Shown: one piece after another, positions 53,447-63,040 of the stretch
How positions within the stretch are numbered: position 1 is the first letter of the stretch
Layout of the letters: every line of letters begins with the position of its first letter
Source of the DNA: a virus
DNA: 64,000 nucleotides
Strand: one strand, 5' to 3'
Virus record (IMG/VR): IMGVR_UViG_3300017613_002261
The notes under the pieces: model-generated
Database searches by the model: none
Told to the model about the DNA's origin: nothing
The model's input: only the letters and a program-made list of their open reading frames with translations
Translations under genes and position numbers: made by a program

Positions 53447-55069
53447 TTATAAGATATCTTCAACATTCAGTTCTGTAGGAGCATTAAATGTGTCAGTGTC
53501 TGCCTCGTATCTCTCATCAATTTCTAATAAAGCATCTGTATATTCTAACAGACCTTTCTCTTTAAGCTCTCCTACCAAGGAAGTAAGAACAGTTTTATTC
53601 TCCCTCATAAACTGTTTAAATCCAGATTTGCCTACTAGAGACATAGGGACTTCTGTTAATCCTTTTCCTGGAACCTTTCGTTCGACTTTAGGAGCCCAAT
53701 CTCTATTAATCTGATAAGCTCCTCCTACCTGTTTAATAATTCCAGAGTATAAACCTAAGTCTAAGATAGACATAAGGTTATCAATACCTTTTCCATACGA
53801 AATGTAAAATCTACAAGGTACTGGAGGAAACATCTTCTGTTTCTCTGGATTAAATATTGCTTCATGACAAACTTTAATCTTCTTTGAAGTATTCATCGAA
53901 GGAATATAAACATCCTCGGTAATAACCTCACCTCTCTTCAATTTAACTCTAAGCTGAGCTAAATATTTCATTGTTCCATCCGAGTAAGTCTTTTCTGGAG
54001 GTGGAAGATAGCTAGGTCTTCTCTTATCCCACATCATGCGAGATACGTCTACGCGAATGTGATTAATAACTAAACAAAAACTGTTCCATATAGAGTTTAA
54101 AGTATTCATCTTCTTTAAGAAATAAGATCCGACAGAGCCCATCGTCATCATACCTGCTGATTCTAAATCAGCAGCTGGAAGCATTGAAGCATAGGAGTCT
54201 ATAGCTATCATCTTAACAGGCTTAATTAAAATCTTATTAAGAAAATGAATAATGTCTTCTCCTTCCTCAAATGAAGATGGCCAGAATATGAAAACTACTG
54301 CTTTCTTAGAAGCTACAATAGAGTCAAGTTTGTCTTTATAGATAAGTTCTTTTAAAGTCTCTCTTTCCTTACCTTCTTTAGTCTCTCTTATCTTTGCTTC
54401 TTCCTCTTCTGTATATGATAGATCTGCAAAAGGGATTCCTAACTGCTCGAGGTAGTCATACTGAATACCTCGCTCGTAATCCAAAATTAAAACATATTCG
54501 CCATAAACTAAAGTCATTCTCTTGGCTGCATCAAGAAGTAAAGATGTTTTTCCTACACCTTCGTCTGATGATAATTCAATAATTAGTGGACTAGGCCATC
54601 CGCCTTTAGTTACACTGTCGATAGCCAAAGATCCTGTTGAATAATGACTGAATTTCTTAATAATAGGGGAAGCCTTTCTAAGGCCTGCAGCTGAATTAAC
54701 CTTTTTATAAGTCAGAGGGAAGGAACTTTCTTTATCCTTCTCTTTCTTCATATTGTCTCCTTTTACTTTCTTTGCTTTCTCTGCAGCTTTCTCATAAAGA
54801 GCTGCTTGTCTACCTCCTAGAGGTATACTATCCTCTGATTCTTCTTCTGGATCTACCTCAGGTTTCATAGACAACATAGGATTATCGCTAACAGGTGCGG
54901 AATCACTATTCGATGTGTTTAGCTTATCTTCTTCCAATACTTTAGAAATATCTAAAGTAAATTCTTCTTTTAATGCTTTCGCATTTCCCTCTTTCTTTTC
55001 TTCTTTAGGTTTTTCATTTGAAGGATCTGAACTATTTATTGCGGTCATTAAATTACCTAACTCTGACAT
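53447..55069 (-). CDS. RecA-superfamily recombinase-like ATPase with a long charged N-terminal extension
   Basis: STGSLAIDSVTKGGWP...IIELSSDEGVGKTSLLLDAA (Walker A) and LILDYERG resemble the RecA core. Confidence 0.6.
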   Translation of the reverse strand: MSELGNLMTAINSSDPSNEKPKEEKKEGNAKALKEEFTLDISKVLEEDKLNTSNSDSAPVSDNPMLSMKPEVDPEEESEDSIPLGGRQAALYEKAAEKAKKVKGDNMKKEKDKESSFPLTYKKVNSAAGLRKASPIIKKFSHYSTGSLAIDSVTKGGWPSPLIIELSSDEGVGKTSLLLDAAKRMTLVYGEYVLILDYERGIQYDYLEQLGIPFADLSYTEEEEAKIRETKEGKERETLKELIYKDKLDSIVASKKAVVFIFWPSSFEEGEDIIHFLNKILIKPVKMIAIDSYASMLPAADLESAGMMTMGSVGSYFLKKMNTLNSIWNSFCLVINHIRVDVSRMMWDKRRPSYLPPPEKTYSDGTMKYLAQLRVKLKRGEVITEDVYIPSMNTSKKIKVCHEAIFNPEKQKMFPPVPCRFYISYGKGIDNLMSILDLGLYSGIIKQVGGAYQINRDWAPKVERKVPGKGLTEVPMSLVGKSGFKQFMRENKTVLTSLVGELKEKGLLEYTDALLEIDERYEADTDTFNAPTELNVEDIL

Positions 55070-55077
55070 AAAATATC

Positions 55078-55770
55078 CTAATTAAAATTTTCTGGAATGA
55101 AATTAATATACCATGAATCAACAGCATTCATCCACGCTCTGGCCCACTTCAATAATGAGTAAAAATCATCTTTGGGAATACATGAATGATTAACATCCAC
55201 AAGCATCACAGATAAATAAACAAACAGCATTGACTCAGAAACATGATTATTTATAGGAGATCGTGAATTATATGGAATCCATTTATCTCCTAACAATTCT
55301 TTCCACTCTTTTCCCTTGTCTAAAGATGCTTTCTTGCCTGTATTCCTATTGCCTCCGAAGAATCCTCTAGTATAATTTGGGTGAAATTGCAAACACTTGA
55401 AACCTTTCTTCAAAAAGAAGGTTAAAATCAAAATAAAAAGCTGAGCCAAAGTATTATTAGAAGTAACATTAGTACCTCTATACTTTGAAAACTTCTTGCC
55501 TGCATAAGCTACTGACTCTAAGGGAGCCTCAATACCTAGATATTTCTCTTCATCTGCAAGAAACTCTTCCCAAATTCCAAAACTCTTCACTACTCTCTCA
55601 AATTGAGAAACAAAATTATTATAGCAAAATAAAACTTCATTTACTTTAGAAAAATCATTAGTATCCGTATTTGAGGTAAAACTATATACTTTATATTCTT
55701 CTATATTTTTATAATGAAAAATTGAGACTCCAGAATGTCTCCTCGACTGGTCCACACCAACTACTATCAT
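55078..55770 (-). CDS. RuvC-like Holliday junction resolvase (tentative)
   Basis: N-terminal IVVGVDQS (catalytic Asp strand) and a later LGIEAP (Glu). RNase H-like order. Confidence 0.4.
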   Translation of the reverse strand: MIVVGVDQSRRHSGVSIFHYKNIEEYKVYSFTSNTDTNDFSKVNEVLFCYNNFVSQFERVVKSFGIWEEFLADEEKYLGIEAPLESVAYAGKKFSKYRGTNVTSNNTLAQLFILILTFFLKKGFKCLQFHPNYTRGFFGGNRNTGKKASLDKGKEWKELLGDKWIPYNSRSPINNHVSESMLFVYLSVMLVDVNHSCIPKDDFYSLLKWARAWMNAVDSWYINFIPENFN

Positions 55771-55826
55771 AAAATCCCCATAACAAATGGGCAGATGAAG
55801 AGTATCATTTCTGCATCTGCTCTATA

Positions 55827-56894
55827 TTAAAAATTACTTGGGTTACCTGCGTTAAAAGGAGAACCACCGCCTTGAGGAGGATTGCCTCCTTGAGGAAATG
55901 CTGTGGCATTACCCTGACCACCAGGAGTTTTTGATGCATTATTAAAATTAGGCATCCCTCCCGACTGTTGACCATACTGCTGGTCATTACTTCCGTAGTT
56001 CTTCATCATATTTAAAAACTGTTCTTTAGAATAGGATTTAGCTACCATATCTGATAAGTGAGCCCATTTCTCTTCTATCTTCTGTTCTATCTCAGCACGA
56101 TTACTAAAATTCAACCAATAAGCTGAATTATCTTGCTGTACTAAAACCTGTTCAAAAGAAGGAGTAGGGTACATGCCATTTGCATGAGTTGTTACTACAT
56201 CAACATAACGAGGATACATACTCTTTGTACCTGGGTCAAAACCAGTAACAAAATTCTGTAACTGTTTTGCTTGATTCTGGCCTACAATAACAGCTTCTAA
56301 TTCATAACTCTCAGACAGAGGCTGGTAACTATCATCAATAGCCGAATATCTTAGAACTACTACACCATAACGAGGCTTTGAAGATCCATAATACTGCTCT
56401 GTAATAACACCTAATTCTTCAATACTCTTCCTTAAATGAGTAGAGAAAACGGTATTCTTAACTATAAAATCATACTTTACTAAAGAAATTAAATCATATC
56501 TTCCTTTAATAGGAGAATACTTAGGTAAAGGATCTTTAATCTTCGTCATAAAAGACATAGTAGTTCCTTTAGAAGCCGATGGTGCTGGTTTTGATGGCAC
56601 TGAGGACTGCATTGAAGGAGCTGATTGAATAGGATTATTTACCTGAATACCTGTAGATATATGACTCTCCCTCGCTGGCGGTGCTGTTGTAGAAACAGCC
56701 TGTGCTGGCGCCTGTGCTGGCGGTGCTGTTGTAGAAACAGCCTGTGCTGGCGCCTGTGCTGGCGGTGCTGTTGTAGAAACAGCCTGTGCTGGCGGTGCCT
56801 GTGCTGGCGGTGCCTGTGCTGGCGCCTGTGCTGGCGCCTGTGCTGGCGGCATCTCGTTTGTTTTCTTAAATAATGAAGTTAAATTGCTTTCCAT
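55827..56894 (-). CDS. hypothetical protein with N-terminal PAQA/VSTTAPPAQA repeats and a Q/G/N-rich tail
   Basis: 355-aa ORF. The N-terminal low-complexity repeats are encoded by the 42-nt tandem repeat. Its position next to recombination genes would fit an ssDNA-binding role, but that is unproven. Confidence 0.55.
   Translation of the reverse strand: MESNLTSLFKKTNEMPPAQAPAQAPAQAPPAQAPPAQAVSTTAPPAQAPAQAVSTTAPPAQAPAQAVSTTAPPARESHISTGIQVNNPIQSAPSMQSSVPSKPAPSASKGTTMSFMTKIKDPLPKYSPIKGRYDLISLVKYDFIVKNTVFSTHLRKSIEELGVITEQYYGSSKPRYGVVVLRYSAIDDSYQPLSESYELEAVIVGQNQAKQLQNFVTGFDPGTKSMYPRYVDVVTTHANGMYPTPSFEQVLVQQDNSAYWLNFSNRAEIEQKIEEKWAHLSDMVAKSYSKEQFLNMMKNYGSNDQQYGQQSGGMPNFNNASKTPGGQGNATAFPQGGNPPQGGGSPFNAGNPSNF
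56674..56850. repeat. 3 x 42-nt tandem repeat followed by 12-15-nt sub-repeats (coding)
   Basis: gctggcggtgctgttgtagaaacagcctgtgctggcgcctgt repeated at 56674, 56716 and 56758. Confidence 0.9.
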
Positions 56895-56905
56895 TTAAAA
56901 ATCCT

Positions 56906-57310
56906 TTATTTACTAGAAATCTCTTTCTTTTGCTCTTCAGACAAACTGTTAAAAACAGATAGTAATAATTCACCCATTCGTTTATTCTGCGAGTAAGAAA
57001 ATCTCACCTTCTCTGGAATGTCTACTTCTTTTCCTCCTAAAACCTTACGCCGAGTCTTAGGATAATAAACCGTCTTTACTTTACCTAACTTGCCTGGAAC
57101 TTGAAATGTTCCACGCGGTGATTGGACTGCACATCCTGCAAGTGCAAGGATAGATGCTTCTACAAGCTTAAGAACATCTGCTAAACTATCTGACAAAGGA
57201 ACTACTCCTTCACCGCTGTCAACATGTAATGATAATCCCTGCTTCTTTAAAAAGTCCTCTATATTAATAGCCACACTCTTTTGTTTGTTTGTTAATTTTA
57301 CTTGAGCCAT
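56906..57310 (-). CDS. hypothetical protein, possibly HU/IHF-like DNA-binding fold
   Basis: GTFQVPGK...YPKTRRKVLGGKEVDIPEKVRFSYS resembles the HU beta-arm region. Weak. Confidence 0.3.
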   Translation of the reverse strand: MAQVKLTNKQKSVAINIEDFLKKQGLSLHVDSGEGVVPLSDSLADVLKLVEASILALAGCAVQSPRGTFQVPGKLGKVKTVYYPKTRRKVLGGKEVDIPEKVRFSYSQNKRMGELLLSVFNSLSEEQKKEISSK

Positions 57311-57336
57311 GTAATCTCCTTATGCTTCAAAAATTA

Positions 57337-58347
57337 TTACGAAAAATGAATACCTTTTAATGAAGATAAACGCTTATGAAAATTCTCTGTCTCCGTCTTA
57401 AAAGGTTTAATAAACTCTTTATAATCTAAATGATTTATATATACAACATCACCCTCCACGTAACCAATTAGTTTTTGTACCGACACTTCAAAGGAATAGA
57501 AACTGTTAAAAAGGTCTAAACAAGAAGTTCCCTGACACAACTCAGTATCTCTCAATACCTCCTTTAGAAAATCGTTAGATATAAGAATAAAAAAGTTTAC
57601 TTCATTATCCAGCATTCTTTTGTAATTGTCTCCACAGAATTCTTTGAAAAATCCCGTAAAGAAAGCACTAGATCTCGTATCAAACTCCGAAAGAAGTTTA
57701 GAAAAATTATTTAAATCATCATAAATAGTTAAAGTTTGAGTGTATACGAAAGAAAGAAAATTAGCGAAACTTCCCAATTTAAAAGTATAATACTCTTCTA
57801 AATCTATATTTCCATTGAAGAAATCTCTTAGACTCATCCATTCTTCTGTATCGAAAACGGTATCAACCTCATCAAAGGTTTCTACAAATTGCTGAATAAT
57901 ATCATCTGTTAAGAACATAGAATTACATAAAGTGTTTACAATATCTTTAAGCTTCATTAAGTATAGAGTATCTCGATAATCCTTGTAAAAAGATAAGTAC
58001 TTAGAAAATAAAATGGTACATAGAGTTATTATATTACTTTTACTTAAATTAAAGGATTTGGATATTGTTAGATTGCCCTCTCCTACTGAAAAAAGCGGAA
58101 ACAATGATGATTCAAAAAGTTTAATATAATTCAATATAACTATACTGTTATATCTAACCTTAATAAAATAACTATTCAATTCTTTATAAAAATTATAAGT
58201 TGAAGAAGCGTTTAAGTGTTCAAATATCTGATGACTATCATTGCACAAAGTCAAAGACTTTGAAGAAAAACCTCTTATATGATTATAAATATTAGAATAT
58301 TCTGCAGGAGATAGAGAAGAATATTCATGATTAATAATATTAGTCAT
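57337..58347 (-). CDS. hypothetical protein
   Basis: I prefer the ATG at 58347, which overlaps the upstream TAA (ATGACTAA), over the track's start at 58473. Confidence 0.55.
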   Translation of the reverse strand: MTNIINHEYSSLSPAEYSNIYNHIRGFSSKSLTLCNDSHQIFEHLNASSTYNFYKELNSYFIKVRYNSIVILNYIKLFESSLFPLFSVGEGNLTISKSFNLSKSNIITLCTILFSKYLSFYKDYRDTLYLMKLKDIVNTLCNSMFLTDDIIQQFVETFDEVDTVFDTEEWMSLRDFFNGNIDLEEYYTFKLGSFANFLSFVYTQTLTIYDDLNNFSKLLSEFDTRSSAFFTGFFKEFCGDNYKRMLDNEVNFFILISNDFLKEVLRDTELCQGTSCLDLFNSFYSFEVSVQKLIGYVEGDVVYINHLDYKEFIKPFKTETENFHKRLSSLKGIHFS

Positions 58348-59002
58348 CAGTAGTCGTTCCTGTACCATTACCTCCTTCGAAGGTATAACCACGGTCTCCC
58401 CCTGTAAAGGAGTCTCCCGCGGGGTTAGAATCTGATGGCTTAGGATCCACATTATCAAATGGAGGTTTTTCATACATGTTTAAAGCACCTAAAGCTTTAT
58501 CTAATTCAGATGTTATTTCCTTTCTTAAAGAGCTAAACGATCTATTCCCTTTCAACATCAAATCAAACTTAAGCCATTTGCTACCACCCAGTCCTTGAGA
58601 GAATACCATACGGTAACTTCGCTGAAACTGACCTCCTATCTCGTTATGCTCATGAGAAGAAGCTTCTACCGGTGATATATCAGTTATCTCGTAACGATGA
58701 TTAACTTCATCAAAAACAAGCTCCATCTCGATCTTAAATAAATCAATTAGAAAATTATAAATCTCATCTAAAACTTCTCTGTTAAGATAATCAAATAAAG
58801 GTACTGTAACTCTACTTCCTTCTACAATAGAAGTAGCAAAGTACAAATTTGTACCATGATTAAAATAAAGGATAAGACCAGTAGAAGTTGTAAAAGTAGC
58901 CGTAAAAGTAGGTACTGATATAAAATTCTTGCACATAATCTTATCACTAGGATTTCCCTCGGAATCTAATCCCCCGGGAAGAAAAACTAAACCAAAATTC
59001 AT
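58340..59002 (-). CDS. hypothetical protein
   Basis: 220-aa ORF with a Gly/Thr-rich C-terminus. Confidence 0.55.
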   Translation of the reverse strand: MNFGLVFLPGGLDSEGNPSDKIMCKNFISVPTFTATFTTSTGLILYFNHGTNLYFATSIVEGSRVTVPLFDYLNREVLDEIYNFLIDLFKIEMELVFDEVNHRYEITDISPVEASSHEHNEIGGQFQRSYRMVFSQGLGGSKWLKFDLMLKGNRSFSSLRKEITSELDKALGALNMYEKPPFDNVDPKPSDSNPAGDSFTGGDRGYTFEGGNGTGTTTDD

Positions 59003-59628
59003 ACGTTCTCCTTCTGAACTTCACTATAATATTTCTTAAGTCTAAAAAATAGAAAACTAACCATACCCGCGAGGATACTTAGCTCCACATTTCGGAGCTT
59101 TGCTTCCTGGACATTCTCTGGACTCTCTGCAACACTAAAACCTTGATAAGAGGATACTACATATAAAAATAGTGCTGAAAATAATGATATTACGCTAAAC
59201 TTACGCATCTTCAATACAAGGACGTTCTTATTATCAACAATAAAATCCATTTTTGATTTCATAGAATCATCTATAACAACATTAATAATAGCTAGATTAA
59301 AAGTACTGCAAAAGAGTCCCGCAGACATGTTAAAAATATCCTGTTTATCATTAAATTCCATATCATAAAAATAAAGACAATCATCCCGTTTCTGGAAAAT
59401 AATCTGAGTAAATCTATTTAATAGATGAAATAGTGTATCAGAGGATATCATCCTATCAAATGACTCAAATACTCTGTTACTTAAATCAGATACCACTGAT
59501 CTGCTAGTCTCCATCACATTAAGGAAGTCAAAATAAACTTTATCCGGGTAAGAATAATCTCCCGCTAGAACCTTTGAATAATTCTTAAACAAAAATTCAA
59601 TATCTTTTTCCATAGAACTTAAAGGCAT
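58999..59628 (-). CDS. hypothetical protein with C-terminal TM segments
   Basis: 209-aa ORF, first gene downstream of element D. Confidence 0.55.
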   Translation of the reverse strand: MPLSSMEKDIEFLFKNYSKVLAGDYSYPDKVYFDFLNVMETSRSVVSDLSNRVFESFDRMISSDTLFHLLNRFTQIIFQKRDDCLYFYDMEFNDKQDIFNMSAGLFCSTFNLAIINVVIDDSMKSKMDFIVDNKNVLVLKMRKFSVISLFSALFLYVVSSYQGFSVAESPENVQEAKLRNVELSILAGMVSFLFFRLKKYYSEVQKENV

Positions 59629-59700
59629 AATAACTCCAAATGATTCATATAACTATATATATAAATTAAAAAAGGAATAACATACTCATTTAAAGAGTCT

Positions 59701-59766
59701 TTTAATGGATTGAAAAAATGATATGGATTTTGTTCTACTGTGAGTTCTTGGGTACCCTGTTAATTT
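59701..59766 (-). promoter_or_regulatory. copy D of the conserved intergenic element
   Basis: Minus strand reads AAATTAACAGGGTACCCAAGAACTCACAGTAG AACAAAATCCATATCATTTTTTC AATCCATTAAAA, 72 nt upstream of the ATG at 59628. Confidence 0.45.
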
Positions 59767-60176
59767 CTACCATTAACAGAATTTAGGATATAACTCGCTG
59801 CCATTATAAGTAATATCGATCCTGCTGATCCTACTGAAACTCCGATAATAAAACCCTTTCTATCTTTAGCATGTAGATCATCGAATTTATGAGTTAAACT
59901 AGTGACCCTATCCCGTTCTAAAGATATCGACATAGCCATAGAATTAGTTAAATTTGAAAATGAGAAGATTGCCTCTTCTAAAGAAGCAATCTTCTCTTTG
60001 TAAAGAAGTTCCATCTTCCAGCTAGAGTATAAAATCTTCATCGATCTATCAGGAACAATATGAACAGCAGACTTCGTTGACAGAGTATCAAATCCTTCAG
60101 GAAAGAACTTAGTATTAGTAAAAGACTCTCCTAATAGAGAACAAAGAAGAGCCAAAAGAAATAAAGATACTCTCAT
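59760..60176 (-). CDS. secreted protein with C-terminal TM anchor (spanin-like position)
   Basis: Signal-like MRVSLFLLALLCSLLG and a C-terminal hydrophobic helix. 4-nt overlap with the upstream gene. Confidence 0.35.
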   Translation of the reverse strand: MRVSLFLLALLCSLLGESFTNTKFFPEGFDTLSTKSAVHIVPDRSMKILYSSWKMELLYKEKIASLEEAIFSFSNLTNSMAMSISLERDRVTSLTHKFDDLHAKDRKGFIIGVSVGSAGSILLIMAASYILNSVNGRN

Positions 60177-60502
60177 AGACCCGAACCATTTAAATCATTC
60201 TGAATGTCAGTCCCAGATGCCTTATCTACACCTTCTTTAATACTCTTAATCTTCTTATTAAGTTCTTCAACCTTATCCAAATCTTTTTTAACTTTTTCAT
60301 TCTTTTCTGCAACCTCGTTATTAGATGAAGATATGGCATCGACATAAGCATCTCTATCTTTCTTATCTTCCTCAGGGACACCTCCACGAAGCATTCTAGA
60401 AATCTTTCCTAGACCTAAGAATCCTATACCCGCTAAGATCAACCACTTCAACCAATACATATTCTTACCTGCCCATAACATTAATAACTTTAAACTCTTC
60501 AT
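60173..60502 (-). CDS. type II membrane protein with coiled coil (i-spanin-like or holin accessory)
   Basis: N-terminal TM (WLKWLILAGIGFLGLG) followed by charged coiled-coil sequence. Confidence 0.35.
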   Translation of the reverse strand: MKSLKLLMLWAGKNMYWLKWLILAGIGFLGLGKISRMLRGGVPEEDKKDRDAYVDAISSSNNEVAEKNEKVKKDLDKVEELNKKIKSIKEGVDKASGTDIQNDLNGSGL

Positions 60503-60513
60503 AAGCTCTCCTA

Positions 60514-61221
60514 TTATAATGCTTCTAACTCTGAATCTGCCACTACCTCATCCCACGGAAATTTATTAGGTCCGGTGCCTGCAAGAACATCTACCTTACG
60601 AGAAGGTGATATAGTACTATGGTCAGTAATTTTAATCCCGGGATGACGTGTTTTAATATCTCTACATAAAGATGTTAGTGCCTCCATCTGTCTCTTAGGC
60701 CATTTCGTTAAATTTAAGCTAGACGGAGGGCCTACCAGCTCGATAGAAATAGCTATCCGATTTAAACTTCTTGTGAAATAAGGGAAACTAGGATGGGAGG
60801 ACTTGCCACACGTCCAAGCTGATCTGGTCTCGTCAACTGTCTTTAATATTTCGCCTTTTGGAGAAATGAAGTAATGAGAAGATATCCCTACTTTCTCCAG
60901 ATACTTGGCATTACCATTCATTGTGCCTCCACCCGTATAATGTACTACTACTATCTCAGGAACAACGCCTTTTCTAGAAGAATGGTTGACATTCGTAGAA
61001 GTCTCACGAAATGAAAAAGAACTTAAAGGAAGCTTTTCGAACTCTCCCTCATCTATAATTTCTTCCTCATCTACCGGAACTCCCTCATCATCGGTTGAAA
61101 TTACCTTAATATCATCCTCTACCAGATCATCCTCTGAAACCGTCTTCAGAGGATGATCTGGTTTATTCTTCTTCACAAAATTAATTAAAGCTATTAAAAC
61201 CTTTATTATATTATTTAACAT
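60514..61221 (-). CDS. N-acetylmuramoyl-L-alanine amidase (Amidase_2/PGRP, T7-lysozyme type) endolysin
   Basis: VVVHYTGGG...SSHYFISPKGEI...RSAWTCG...ISIELVG...ITDHSTISPSRKVD pattern. Confidence 0.7.
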   Translation of the reverse strand: MLNNIIKVLIALINFVKKNKPDHPLKTVSEDDLVEDDIKVISTDDEGVPVDEEEIIDEGEFEKLPLSSFSFRETSTNVNHSSRKGVVPEIVVVHYTGGGTMNGNAKYLEKVGISSHYFISPKGEILKTVDETRSAWTCGKSSHPSFPYFTRSLNRIAISIELVGPPSSLNLTKWPKRQMEALTSLCRDIKTRHPGIKITDHSTISPSRKVDVLAGTGPNKFPWDEVVADSELEAL

Positions 61222-61273
61222 CTATTAATCTCCTTTTACTAAATCCTTTTCATCTACATTAGTAGAACTTGAA

Positions 61274-61681
61274 TTAGAGTTTTCTTTTATCTTTCTGTTC
61301 AAATGCTTTAACGCCTGCAATACCCATATAAGCAGTTGTAGCCGCTCCTGCGTTTAATATAACCGCTCTGAGTAAACCCACATCAGCCTGTTTAAACTGA
61401 TTCAAATAAACGTATAGAATAAAACCAATAACCGCGTAACCTACTTGTAAAATTGTTACCCAAAACTTCCTCGACTTCATTCTTTCCTGCTCTATTTTCT
61501 TAACATCTGATATACCTTGAGCAACTAAGTAAGCTGCAGTAGCTAAAGCAGAATAGTTCAATACATCCCCCAAAACTGATACATACTTCTTTAAAGCAAA
61601 CATCAGAATAAAAGAAGTGATTATAAATAACTGCCATACTATCATTAAAATGAACTTCCGCGATTTAAATTTATCTTCCAT
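61274..61681 (-). CDS. four-TM membrane protein with internal duplication (holin candidate)
   Basis: Two ~65-aa halves, each SRKF-TM-...-A(T)AAY..G(I)..VK. Adjacent to the amidase. Confidence 0.35.
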   Translation of the reverse strand: MEDKFKSRKFILMIVWQLFIITSFILMFALKKYVSVLGDVLNYSALATAAYLVAQGISDVKKIEQERMKSRKFWVTILQVGYAVIGFILYVYLNQFKQADVGLLRAVILNAGAATTAYMGIAGVKAFEQKDKRKL

Positions 61682-61690
61682 TTGAAACTC

Positions 61691-62455
61691 CTATTTCTTT
61701 ATCTTTAATGCATTATCTAAATAATAGAAGGAATAAATAAAACTTAACTCCTTTGATAAATTAGTTTCTGCTAATAAAGCTATTGTTTTTAATATTCTTT
61801 TCTCATCATGTCTTCTTAAGAAATTCTCTATAATATTTGTGTAAAATCTAGATAATTGAATATTCTCCCCAGTAGTATAATCTACTAATCTCTCATAGAA
61901 TCTATAAATACTTCCAGAGACATCATTAATTCCATACCTCTTAATAAGTTTGAAATAATAATCTATTATTACTCTAAGTGACCCTGTTGCAATTAATTCA
62001 AAGAAAGAATATATCTCTGGCTGCTTGCCTCCCCTCTTCATCGGGTCAATAGCTCCTACAGACTTCTTAAACAGATAATTATATATGAAGCCATAACCGG
62101 TAAAGTTTAATTGAAGAGTGAACTTCTTACATTCAAAAGCCGATACTTTAGTACCCATAAGCGAAGCTACTTTAGCATAATAATCATCCTCGAAATATTT
62201 CTCTGTTTCGAATCCATGCTCCTCTAATAAGTCATTAGATACAACAAGTGTAGAACATACCACGTTCCAATCTAGATTAAATGATACAACGTGAGTTAAA
62301 AACTGCATAAAAGAAGAACCTTCCAGAACTCCCTCACTAGGTAAATAAACATTACCTAAGACTATAGGCTCTATAGAATAGGTTAATCTCTTCCTTAATA
62401 AACTTACGAAGAACGCTTCTTCGCCTTTAGGAACTACATAAATCTTTTTAGCCAT
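61691..62455 (-). CDS. hypothetical protein
   Basis: 254-aa ORF. Confidence 0.55.
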   Translation of the reverse strand: MAKKIYVVPKGEEAFFVSLLRKRLTYSIEPIVLGNVYLPSEGVLEGSSFMQFLTHVVSFNLDWNVVCSTLVVSNDLLEEHGFETEKYFEDDYYAKVASLMGTKVSAFECKKFTLQLNFTGYGFIYNYLFKKSVGAIDPMKRGGKQPEIYSFFELIATGSLRVIIDYYFKLIKRYGINDVSGSIYRFYERLVDYTTGENIQLSRFYTNIIENFLRRHDEKRILKTIALLAETNLSKELSFIYSFYYLDNALKIKK

Positions 62456-62470
62456 ATAAATATATACAAC

Positions 62471-62839
62471 TTACTGTTCTGATGATCCCGATCCCTCATA
62501 AAGAAAAGCTGTAGCTGTACCTAAGGCCGCCCACCATTCTCTTCCTAATTCTAATGAATAATACACGCTAAGGCCAACCATTAATATCAGAATAATAGTA
62601 ACCCCTCCTTTAACATGACTAACAAAAGATCCCGACTTAGCCGTTACTTTTATACCTGAAACAGAAATAAAAGTATTTGTTATAATATTAGTAATGATCG
62701 TCCACATTTCTTTTGGTACTGATATAGATAAAAAGGCTCCTGCTTCTCTATGAAACTGACATATTGCCATAGTACCTAATACCAGGAAGATTCCTGTAAT
62801 CTTATAAAAATTCATAACATTAATCTTCAACATAATCAA
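62471..62839 (-). CDS. membrane protein
   Basis: 122-aa ORF with 3-4 hydrophobic helices. Confidence 0.5.
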   Translation of the reverse strand: MIMLKINVMNFYKITGIFLVLGTMAICQFHREAGAFLSISVPKEMWTIITNIITNTFISVSGIKVTAKSGSFVSHVKGGVTIILILMVGLSVYYSLELGREWWAALGTATAFLYEGSGSSEQ

Positions 62840-63039
62840 CTCTTTAAGTAGATGATGCTAATACAGTCCCAACAAATACGTTCATCTATTAGAATCATCT
62901 TAATTAAAACTCTCCAGTAAAACTGTTCCTCTGGATAATCTGTTAATGAAACATTTCCAGAACAAAAGGAGCATACGTCGCCATCTGTATTAGCGATCTG
63001 TGGGTACCCAGCACCGTTAAACTTAGCTACAGACATCAT
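62836..63039 (-). CDS. small Cys-containing protein
   Basis: 67-aa ORF with a 4-nt overlap. Confidence 0.45.
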   Translation of the reverse strand: MMSVAKFNGAGYPQIANTDGDVCSFCSGNVSLTDYPEEQFYWRVLIKMILIDERICWDCISIIYLKS

Positions 63040-63040
63040 T

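Noticed and set aside
3077-55987. Minus-strand ORFs nested out of frame in longer genes (3077-3280, 4757-4945, 14498-14791, 17936-18151, 24064-24270, 29541-29771, 45265-45453, 49461-49670, 49526-49753, 55805-55987).
   Set aside because: They overlap well-supported genes, or each other, in alternative frames and have no independent start signals.
2533-56873. All plus-strand ORFs in the track (2533-2742, 5032-5232, 9595-9813, 11738-11944, 14851-15084, 15112-15312, 15713-15910, 16098-16346, 23427-23630, 26123-26323, 30650-30892, 33881-34063, 37116-37337, 37535-37870, 39773-40081, 42940-43179, 45243-45512, 49474-49680, 51397-51770, 53490-53714, 54394-54582, 56625-56873).
   Set aside because: Each lies antisense inside a longer minus-strand gene with recognisable motifs, or inside the non-coding blocks. 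They lack RBSs and have odd composition (for example the Cys/Trp/Arg repeat 56625-56873, which mirrors the PAQA repeat). I treat them as shadow ORFs.
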